Shown in pieces: positions 1 through 6,263 of a DNA stretch of 6,263 nt (its first letter is position 1; each line of letters starts with the position of its first letter). This stretch comes from an uncultured Erysipelotrichaceae bacterium (lineage in GTDB: Bacteria; Bacillota_I; Bacilli_A; Erysipelotrichales; Erysipelotrichaceae): contig CAYWGS010000087.1 in NCBI GenBank assembly GCA_964457525.1, positions 1-6,263 on the forward strand, given 5' to 3'. A program made the translations under genes and the position numbers. Below the pieces are notes generated by a model. The model ran no database searches. It was not told the origin of the DNA and was given only the letters and a program-made list of their open reading frames with translations.

Positions 1-726
1 TGATAATACTTTGACTAAAATCTCAGCAGCTTTTTCAGCGGTATCCATTAAGCCAAAGGTAATATCGAAATTAGCGCCACTACAGAATGTTCCATGATGT
101 GCCCAAATTGCAATGTCGTGTTCTGACATTAATTTAGAAGTTTCGACCGCTATATCTCTCCCACCAGGAACCATCCAATCAACAATTCCAATACCCGAAG
201 GAAAAACAACTGGACATTCTGTTGCCATTTCCCATAGCTCACGTGTAAATATTTTTCCATCTAAAGGTAAAACAAATGTAAGTGCAATAAGATTTGTTGT
301 ATGAGCATGATAAATTACGCGATGTGAATTGTGGGTTATTTTCTTTTTTACCTCATGATTCATCAAATGTGATGGAAGTTCAGAAGTTGGTCTACCCCCA
401 TTAACTAATCCCCAAAGAATTCGATAATTCTCACCATTCGAATCGATTTCAATTATACATATTGAGTCTTCAGGATCGATTTCAAAGTTTCTGAAGAATT
501 TTCCTGAACCACTAACAAGAAAATATTCATTCGCAAGTAGAGTCACAGAAGTTCCGATTGATTGCCAATTGTTTGTTTGATTAAAAAAAGGTCTCGCAAG
601 TTCTACATCTTGTTCTGTCATTCGATATGAAAGGTTTCCACCATTTCTCTCATGCCATCCTTTAGTATATCCGTCCATTCCTAGACGAATAAAACCTTGC
701 ATAAATTTTAGGTCAATTAATGTCAT
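1..726 (-). CDS. rhaD: Rhamnulose-1-phosphate aldolase (class II, zinc-dependent). N-terminal 242 codons; the C-terminal ~30 codons lie beyond the left window edge.
   Basis: Absent from the ORF track because it has no stop in the window. I checked every minus-strand codon from ATG 726..724 to position 1 and found no stop. Translation starts MTLIDLKFMQGFIRLGMDGYTKGWHERNGGNLSYRM and continues ..FLVSGSGKFFRN..ILWGLVNGGRPTSELPSH..VIYHAHTTNLIALTFVL..FTRELWEMATECPVVFP..WMVPG..IWAHHGTFCSG..TFGLMDTAEKAAEILVKVLS. This is colinear with E. coli RhaA-operon aldolase RhaD as I recall it (KGWDERNGGNL, TGSGKFFRN, ILWGL, PTSELPAH, HCHATNLIAL, FTRQLWEGSTEC, FHGVFGSG, FGLIDTAEKSAQVLVKV). The three zinc-ligand histidines (HAH and HHG) are conserved. 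AAGGTGA lies 5 nt upstream of the ATG. Confidence 0.9.
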   Translation of the reverse strand, partial: MTLIDLKFMQGFIRLGMDGYTKGWHERNGGNLSYRMTEQDVELARPFFNQTNNWQSIGTSVTLLANEYFLVSGSGKFFRNFEIDPEDSICIIEIDSNGENYRILWGLVNGGRPTSELPSHLMNHEVKKKITHNSHRVIYHAHTTNLIALTFVLPLDGKIFTRELWEMATECPVVFPSGIGIVDWMVPGGRDIAVETSKLMSEHDIAIWAHHGTFCSGANFDITFGLMDTAEKAAEILVKVLS

Positions 727-731
727 TTTAA

Positions 732-738
732 TCACCTT
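732..738 (-). promoter_or_regulatory. Shine-Dalgarno sequence for rhaD (AAGGTGA on the minus strand), overlapping the rhaA TAA stop codon
   Basis: Minus strand reads AGG TAA GGTGATTAAA ATG. The rhaA stop is 739..737 and the rhaD ATG is 726..724. Only 10 nt separate the genes, consistent with translational coupling. Confidence 0.6.
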
Positions 739-1981
739 ACCTTTTTAATAAAACTTCTGTTTCATATTTATCAATTTCATTAAACCATTTATAACTTGCT
801 TCAATACCAGAGCGATTACATAGTTCTTGCCAAATATCACCAAAAGGCAACGTTTTTAATTCTTCTTGTAACATTAATAATTCTGTTAGTTTTCGATCTT
901 TCTGAAGTTGCGCTAATTTTTGATGAGGTGTTAATAATGCGATTAATAATGCTTTTTGCATATTTCGCATTCCAATAACCCAAGCTGCAATACGATTGAT
1001 ACTTGCATCAAAGAAATCTAAACCAATAATGGTCTTTTCATGTCCATTTATAATAATCTCTTTAGCAATTTCCTTAATTTCATCATCCAGTATTACAACA
1101 TGATCACTATCCCAACGCACCGGACGAGTCACATGTAATGCAACTTTATCAAAAAACATAAGCATACTTGAAATCTTATCGCTTACTTTTTCAGTTGGAT
1201 GGAAATGTCCATTGTCTAATAGGCATAAAATATCATTTTTAGCTGCATAGTTCATATAAAACTCGTGTGAACCTAGTGTATATGATTCCATTCCTATTCG
1301 AAATACTTTAGATTCAACCGCAATATTTACCAAAGTTTTATCATATTCTATTGATAAGATTTGATCTAAGGAGTCTTTAAGTCTTGCTCTTGGGGCTAAA
1401 CGGTCTGCAGGCGTATCCTTATACCCATCTGGGATCCAAATATTCATTAAAGTTGGTGTACCCAATTCTTTCGCAAAGTATTCACTGATACGAATACATC
1501 TTTTCCCGTGTTCAATCCAAAACGCTCTAATCTTCTCATCTTCACTTGATAAAGTTGCTGATTCACTTAAAGGATGTGAGAAAAAGGTTGGATTAAAATC
1601 TAATCCCAAGTCATATTTTTTCGCAAATTCAACCCATTTACTAAAATGCTTATTTTCAAGTTGATCTCTATCAACAGGTTTCCCATCAAAAATTGCATAA
1701 CTCGCATGTAAATTTATTCTGTGTTTTCCAGGAATTAATTATAATGTTTTTTCAATATCAGCCATTAATTGCTCAGGGTTATTCGCTTTACCAGGATAAT
1801 TTCCAGTGGTTTGTATACCACCAGATAATTCTTTATTGCTTTCAAAACCACCGACATCATCCCCTTGCCAACAATGCATGGAAATTTTAATTTCGTTTAA
1901 TGTTTTTATAGCTACTTCTGTATCTATATCAAGTTTTGAGTAGATCTCTTTTGCACTTTCATATCTAGTTATATTAGTCAT
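737..1981 (-). pseudogene. rhaA: L-rhamnose isomerase, one 414-codon frame interrupted by a single in-frame TAA at 1739-1741 (codon 81). Otherwise intact.
   Basis: Track ORFs 1739..1981 (80 aa) and 737..1609 (290 aa) share one frame (1981 and 1609 are both 1 mod 3). I translated the gap 1610..1738 and found no stop. It reads [44 protein letters not shown] and runs directly into [14 protein letters not shown]. The joined product matches E. coli RhaA from memory: ISMHCWQGDDVGGFE, GGIQTTGNYPGKA, then [20 protein letters not shown] against [21 protein letters not shown], then [57 protein letters not shown]. The C-terminus EVLLKR* sits at the expected position. The M of the 290-aa ORF is an internal TTG (Leu) codon, not a real start. 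Confidence 0.85.
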
Positions 1982-1992
1982 ATTTTCTCTTT

Positions 1993-3375
1993 CTATTCCT
2001 TTATTTCAAAAGAATTTTTGATAATCTTTTTAGCCTCTTTTATATCTTTGATATCTTGATTTCCAATCATCTGAGCAACAATATTTCCTATCGCTGTTGA
2101 TTCCACTGGTCCAACAATCACTTCTTTTTGACATATATCTCTGATCATTTCATTTAATAATTCATTCTTACACCCACCCCCTATAACATTAATAGATGTA
2201 TATTTTTTATTTGTAATCTCTTCTAATTCATCAATAGCTTTTTTATAAGAGAGTGCTAAGGAATGATATACACAATAGGCAATATCGCCAACATTACCCG
2301 GAACATTTAAGTTTCTTTCACTAAAGTAATTTTGAATTTCCTTAATCATACTTACCGGTTTTAAAAAGCGTTCATCATTCACATCAAATGTTTCAAAAAA
2401 GTTTGATTTTCTCGCTTTTTCAACTAATTCTGAAAAACTAAAATAACTTTGATATTCACGAGCAACTTCTTGAATTAACCATAGACCCATTATGTTTTTT
2501 AAAAAACGAATTTTCCCATTATACCCACCTTCATTCGTAAAATTGGCTTTGAATGCTTCTTCACACGTGATAGCTTCATCTAATTCAACACCTAATAATG
2601 ACCAAGTACCAGAACTGAGTATAATCTGATTATCTGTAAGTGAAGCCATATATGAACTTCCCGTATCATGCGTAGCAGGGATAATGACTTTACAATTAAA
2701 ACCAATTTCCACTTCAATATCCTGGCTCAGTTCCCCTAATTGATAGCCAGGTTGAACCATTTCTTTGAATATTTTTTTTGAAATATAAATATTATTAAGT
2801 AGATCTTCATTTATATTCTCTTCTTTAACATTAAGAAGTTGGGTAGTTGACATATTGGTGTATTCATTAACCATTTTCCTTGTTAATAAATAATTAAGAT
2901 AATCTGGTACCATTAAAAAATGTTTAGCTTTTTCCTTTATTTCAGTTATTTCACTATTTAACTGAAATAGTGTATTAAATGCTTGATGTTGTATTCCAGT
3001 AAGTTTATAAATTTCTTTAGAATTTATATTTAATTCTTGAAATTCTTTTGTTCTTGTATCTCGATAACACGACATATCCTTTAATACATTTTTCGACTCA
3101 TCTAATAAAATATAATCCACACCCCATGTATCAATTCCAATACTCAATGGGATTTTTTCAAGTTCTTTAGCTTTCTTTAACCCTTTTTTAACTTCTTGAA
3201 ATAAATGCTCGATATCCCAAAATAAATGTCCATCTATTTCGATTATCTTGTTTTCGAATCGATAGATTTCTTCGATATTAATGATTCCATTTATAAGATA
3301 ACCTAAAATATGTCTTCCACTTGATGCACCAATGTCAATTGCTAAGTAATAGTTCATAGTATTTCCAATTCTCAT
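1993..3375 (-). CDS. rhaB: Rhamnulokinase (FGGY carbohydrate kinase family)
   Basis: The 460-aa ORF is colinear with E. coli RhaB from memory: AIDIGASSGRH / AVDLGASSGR, IGIDTWGVDY / IGIDTWGVDF, CYRDTRT / AYRDSRT, GIQHQAFNTLFQL / GIQFLPFNTLYQL, MVPDYLNYLLTRKM / LMPDYFSYRLTGKM, YTNMSTTQLLN / YTNATTTQLVN, ATHDTGSS, SSGTWSLLG, FTNEGG, LKNIMGLWL, DERFLKP, GGGCKNELLN, GPVESTAIGN. Stop is TAG at 1995..1993. The true start may be the second ATG at 3357 (giving MNYYLAIDIGASSGR), which fits homologue N-termini better than MRIGNTMNYY. Confidence 0.9.
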   Translation of the reverse strand: MRIGNTMNYYLAIDIGASSGRHILGYLINGIINIEEIYRFENKIIEIDGHLFWDIEHLFQEVKKGLKKAKELEKIPLSIGIDTWGVDYILLDESKNVLKDMSCYRDTRTKEFQELNINSKEIYKLTGIQHQAFNTLFQLNSEITEIKEKAKHFLMVPDYLNYLLTRKMVNEYTNMSTTQLLNVKEENINEDLLNNIYISKKIFKEMVQPGYQLGELSQDIEVEIGFNCKVIIPATHDTGSSYMASLTDNQIILSSGTWSLLGVELDEAITCEEAFKANFTNEGGYNGKIRFLKNIMGLWLIQEVAREYQSYFSFSELVEKARKSNFFETFDVNDERFLKPVSMIKEIQNYFSERNLNVPGNVGDIAYCVYHSLALSYKKAIDELEEITNKKYTSINVIGGGCKNELLNEMIRDICQKEVIVGPVESTAIGNIVAQMIGNQDIKDIKEAKKIIKNSFEIKE

Positions 3376-3378
3376 AAC

Positions 3379-5934
3379 CTATAATTCAAAACGATGGTGA
3401 CCAGCTGAAACCACTTGACTTATTTCTCCCTGTAGGTTTATTTCAGCAGTGCAATTACTTGGAACAACGAAATCATATATTGTTTTATCCTTATCTTTTT
3501 TCCATTCAGAATTTATAAGTCCGTAAATGCTTTGATATGATGCTCTAGCAAATGTAAATGTTCCCCCTGGTTTTGGATCTAAAATAAATTTATTTTCACC
3601 AGTTACTTTAATTCCACACATCTCACTAAATAACCAATCAATTACAGCACCTTTTGAATAATGATTAAGTGAAGCTATTCCACTATGAGCAGAAGTTCCT
3701 TCCCAACTTTCCCAAATGGTTGTTGCACCATTTTTAGGCATAAACAACCAACCCGGCATTTGTTCATTTTCAATAAGTTTATACGCGTACTCGATATTAA
3801 TCGATTCTAAGACATACATAATAAGAGGCGTTGAAAGAAATCCTGTACCAAGTTTCCAGTCAAAATTATCTAATGCTTTAATTAAACGATTCTTCGCAAA
3901 TTCTTTTTGATCATTTTCTAATAGATTAAAGTATAGAGGTCTAACTAATTTTGCTTGTCGATCTGTATCTAATGTGAATTTTTCTGTTTTAACAAGTTCT
4001 TGATATGCAATCTTTGTTCCATCTGCAATCATTTGATATTCTTTAGCGTCAGCAAACATCTCAAGTGATTGTGCAATTTCTACCATAAGGTTCATAACAT
4101 AATGCGTATATGCTGTTGAAACCTCAGGTTGTGGGGCAACAATATCTGTCCAACTCATCTTATGAACTTCTGTAGGCTCTGCCCATTCTCCATAAGCTTG
4201 TCCTTTGTTTACTAAAAATTTTTTTGAATCTTTTGATAATTTAATGTGTTTTGATAATGGACCGCTCTTACCAACTCTTGATATCATGAATTTTGCATAA
4301 CGTCGCATAGATTCATAATTTGTTTGAATGATTTGATGATCACCATACATTTTCCATAGCGTATAAGGAATAATGACTCCTGCATCAGACCAACCTACAG
4401 AACCATTCAAACTCGACATATAAAAATCAACACCACCCGCTGGTGCAATCTGAGGATAGGTTCCTTTTTTATTTTGCCAATCCATTAAATCTTGAACATA
4501 TTTTTTTGCGAATGGTTCAAAGTTGAAAAAATAACATGCAGATTTTGTAAAGATTTGAGCATCTCCACTCCAACCATGACGTTCACGTGTTGGACAATCT
4601 GTTGGTAATTCAGCACAATTCCCTTTACTAGACCAAATTGTGTTTTCTACGAATTTATTTAATAGTTTATTTGAACTCGTAAAAGTACCCAACACTTCTA
4701 AATCTGAATACACAGCGTGTGCTGTAAAATCATTAACTTTAAAATCTACACTTGTCTCTACTTTCATATATCTAAAGCCAAAGATTGCAAATTGAGTTTT
4801 ATATATGTTTATACTATCATGACAGATATAACTTACTTCTTGTTTAGGGGTTACTTTATCTTTCTTTGATAATTGGAAGTTAGCTTGGCTAAAATTTCCA
4901 TCATGATCTAACATTTCGCCAAATAATAAACGAACCTTATCACCTAATCGTGCTTTTAAACTGAAAGAAATATACCCTGCGATGTTTTGCCCAAAGTCTA
5001 ATACTTTTGACCCATCTGGTGTGATGATTAACTTTCCTACAAATGATTCATGCTCGCTAACTTGTACATTATTTGAACAGGCTAATAAAGAATCATGTTG
5101 AGTAACTTTTGCGTTATTTTTATAACTCACCACTTTTCTACTATCAACAATTTCTCCATCTTTATTATCAGCAAATAGAATTGACCCATCATTACTCCAT
5201 TGAAAACTTTCGTCTGTCGTAATTGTTTTAACTTCTCCACTCTTTTCGGTTATTTCAAGTTGAGCGATAAAATTGGTTTCGGTTCCATATTGATTACGTA
5301 ATCCCCAAGCACCGACATTTCCTCTATACCAACCGTCTGCTAATTCAACTTCTAATACATTTCGACCTTCTATTAGAAGCGGACCGATATCATACGTCTG
5401 AACTTGAACTCTTTTTCTATAATCTGTTATTCCTGGAGCCAAAATAAAATCTCCAACTCTTTTTCCATTAATTTTAGCTACATAAAGTCCACAAGCAGTA
5501 ATATAACTTCTTGCTTTTTTGACCGATTTTACTTCAAATTCTTTTTTAAAGTAATCAACAGGATATCTGTTCTTTTTATTAATTTGATAATTCCCTGTTA
5601 TCCATTTTGCCTTCCAATCACTATTTTCACTTAATCCAAGTTCAAAAGTAGCTTCGTTATCTGATGAATATTCAATATTGTTTTCATCCCAAACCGAAAC
5701 TATCCATTTTACAAATGTTCGACTTATTAAATTATTCCCTTCATAGTTCGCATTCATAGAAGAACTAAGTACTTTCCTACTATCCCAAATTAAAGTATGA
5801 TCTTCGTTATATGCTTTAATTTGATAGGCTGTTTGCTTTATACCACCATCACAATTCCATTGTAAAAGTGGACGTTTCAAATCGATTCCAATGGGGTTTA
5901 TCAAGAAATTTGTACGTAAATTAATAGCTTTCAT
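3379..5934 (-). CDS. Alpha-L-rhamnosidase, glycoside hydrolase family 78. No signal peptide, so predicted cytoplasmic.
   Basis: 851-aa ORF. The N-terminus (LRTNFLINPIGIDLKRPLLQW) resembles the usual GH78 N-terminal domain start. The catalytic-domain signature DCPTRERHGWSGD (nt 4561-4599) keeps the Asp/Glu/Asp spacing of the Bacillus sp. GL1 RhaB-type DCPxRERxGWxGD motif as I recall it. TIWESWEG (nt 3697-3714 plus flanking codons) resembles the conserved WE motif carrying the distal catalytic Glu. Length is typical for GH78 (about 850-950 aa). There is no hydrophobic leader and no lipobox. GAAAGG lies 7 nt upstream of ATG 5934. Confidence 0.88.
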   Translation of the reverse strand: MKAINLRTNFLINPIGIDLKRPLLQWNCDGGIKQTAYQIKAYNEDHTLIWDSRKVLSSSMNANYEGNNLISRTFVKWIVSVWDENNIEYSSDNEATFELGLSENSDWKAKWITGNYQINKKNRYPVDYFKKEFEVKSVKKARSYITACGLYVAKINGKRVGDFILAPGITDYRKRVQVQTYDIGPLLIEGRNVLEVELADGWYRGNVGAWGLRNQYGTETNFIAQLEITEKSGEVKTITTDESFQWSNDGSILFADNKDGEIVDSRKVVSYKNNAKVTQHDSLLACSNNVQVSEHESFVGKLIITPDGSKVLDFGQNIAGYISFSLKARLGDKVRLLFGEMLDHDGNFSQANFQLSKKDKVTPKQEVSYICHDSINIYKTQFAIFGFRYMKVETSVDFKVNDFTAHAVYSDLEVLGTFTSSNKLLNKFVENTIWSSKGNCAELPTDCPTRERHGWSGDAQIFTKSACYFFNFEPFAKKYVQDLMDWQNKKGTYPQIAPAGGVDFYMSSLNGSVGWSDAGVIIPYTLWKMYGDHQIIQTNYESMRRYAKFMISRVGKSGPLSKHIKLSKDSKKFLVNKGQAYGEWAEPTEVHKMSWTDIVAPQPEVSTAYTHYVMNLMVEIAQSLEMFADAKEYQMIADGTKIAYQELVKTEKFTLDTDRQAKLVRPLYFNLLENDQKEFAKNRLIKALDNFDWKLGTGFLSTPLIMYVLESINIEYAYKLIENEQMPGWLFMPKNGATTIWESWEGTSAHSGIASLNHYSKGAVIDWLFSEMCGIKVTGENKFILDPKPGGTFTFARASYQSIYGLINSEWKKDKDKTIYDFVVPSNCTAEINLQGEISQVVSAGHHRFEL

Positions 5935-5941
5935 TATTGGA

Positions 5942-5947
5942 CCTTTC
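5942..5947 (-). promoter_or_regulatory. Shine-Dalgarno sequence (GAAAGG) for the GH78 rhamnosidase gene
   Basis: Minus strand reads CTAGAAAGGTCCAATA ATG. The 28-nt spacer between the transporter stop (5965..5963) and ATG 5934 holds no hairpin or terminator. Confidence 0.55.
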
Positions 5948-5962
5948 TAGCTTCTAAATCAC

Positions 5963-6263
5963 TTAAATACTAGCGTATTTATCATCCAAATCATAAAAAT
6001 ACATCGCCACTAAAATGCCAATCAACAAAATTAATGGTAACCAAATACTAATTAATAAAATACCATTTAATGCACTCTCTGGTTGAGTTGCATCTGTACC
6101 AATGTAGCCTGTTGCTTCTAGAATCCAACCTAACATAGCTGCTCCTAATCCACCTGAAATTTTTCCACCAAAGCTTGAAGCTGAGTTAGTCATTCCAACA
6201 ATTCTCTTGCATTTCTTTATTCACACAATCCCCAGACCGTATCCAATATACGTGCCGCACAAA
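5963..6263 (-). CDS. Glycoside-pentoside-hexuronide (GPH/MFS_2) family sugar:cation symporter, 3' end only. Reading frame is broken near 6217-6223, so it may be frameshifted or a pseudogene.
   Basis: The 76-aa ORF (MTNSASSFGGKISGGLGAAMLGWILEATGYIGTDATQPESALNGILLISIWLPLILLIGILVAMYFYDLDDKYASI) looks like the last two transmembrane helices and short tail of MelB/YicJ/XylP-type symporters. The general pattern is S..F..K.G.A.GG...G..L...GY......Q....L.G, then a hydrophobic helix, then Y.L. Similarity continues upstream of the ATG (KRIVG), so that ATG is internal. An in-frame TGA at 6221-6223 precedes it. Substrate (rhamnoside or rhamnose) is inferred from context only. Confidence 0.65.

Noticed and set aside
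1607-1609. The start codon of the 290-aa ORF 737..1609.
   Set aside because: It is a TTG that aligns with an internal Leu of RhaA (..QLGLDFNP.. in E. coli). The frame stays open and homologous for another 43 codons upstream, up to the TAA at 1739. It is an ORF-caller artefact, not an initiation site.
1739-1741. Genetic-code reassignment of TAA to a sense codon, or selenocysteine/pyrrolysine insertion, as the explanation for the internal rhaA stop.
   Set aside because: TAA also terminates rhaA (737-739) and the transporter (5963-5965) at exactly the C-termini expected from homologues, so it works as a stop here. Sec and Pyl use TGA and TAG, not TAA. A single instance cannot support recoding.
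113-5634. Five plus-strand ORFs from the track: 113..304, 796..978, 1693..1890, 3716..3910 and 5404..5634 (60-76 aa each).
   Set aside because: Each lies entirely antisense to a long minus-strand gene with strong family-level similarity (rhaD, rhaA, rhaA, GH78, GH78). Their translations are low-complexity and rich in I/F/L/S/N, as expected from the reverse complement of AT-rich coding sequence. They have no recognisable motifs and no Shine-Dalgarno sequences.
6221-6223. TGA read as Trp (translation table 4, Mollicutes-like), suggested by the low G+C and the in-frame TGA in the transporter.
   Set aside because: All the roughly 25 or more Trp codons in the GH78 gene, and those in rhaB, rhaA and rhaD, are TGG. 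The 851-aa and 460-aa ORFs contain no in-frame TGA. A table-4 genome this AT-rich would be expected to use TGA frequently. The TGA also does not align with the conserved Trp/Tyr of the GPH loop motif.
6231-6263. Local rise in G+C (about half G+C over the last 33 nt against about 30% elsewhere), which could mark a junction with foreign DNA.
   Set aside because: The stretch is too short to be meaningful. It translates as a hydrophobic Gly/Leu/Ile/Tyr helix-like segment in one frame, and Gly/Ala-rich membrane segments are locally GC-richer. No repeat or inverted repeat marks a junction. It is kept only as a caveat to the transporter finding.
1-6263. Search for CRISPR repeats, tRNA/rRNA, IS or transposon ends, long direct or inverted repeats, rho-independent terminators, and defence, toxin-antitoxin or phage-like genes.
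   Set aside because: Nothing was found by eye. More than 98% of the window is covered by five colinear catabolic genes, and the spacers of 10, 11, 3 and 28 nt are too short for hairpins or extra genes. The operon promoter, any cre or regulator operator, and the terminator must lie outside the window.

Overview
AT-rich (about 30% G+C by eye) window filled by one tightly packed minus-strand gene string for uptake and catabolism of L-rhamnosides. Transcription order, right to left: 3' end of a GPH-family sugar:cation symporter, a cytoplasmic GH78 alpha-L-rhamnosidase, rhamnulokinase (rhaB), L-rhamnose isomerase (rhaA), and rhamnulose-1-phosphate aldolase (rhaD, running off the left edge). Spacers are 3-28 nt, so this is probably one operon whose promoter and terminator lie outside the window. 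Assignments rest on my own translation and on remembered E. coli and Bacillus homologues and family motifs; no database search was run. Two things stand out. rhaA carries one in-frame TAA at codon 81 in an otherwise intact gene. The transporter reading frame breaks about 30 nt upstream of its listed ATG. I see no CRISPR array, tRNA/rRNA, mobile element, long repeat, toxin-antitoxin or defence-like module. This looks like an ordinary accessory carbohydrate-utilisation locus with possible early gene decay or assembly errors, not a new system. All five plus-strand ORFs in the track are antisense shadows.
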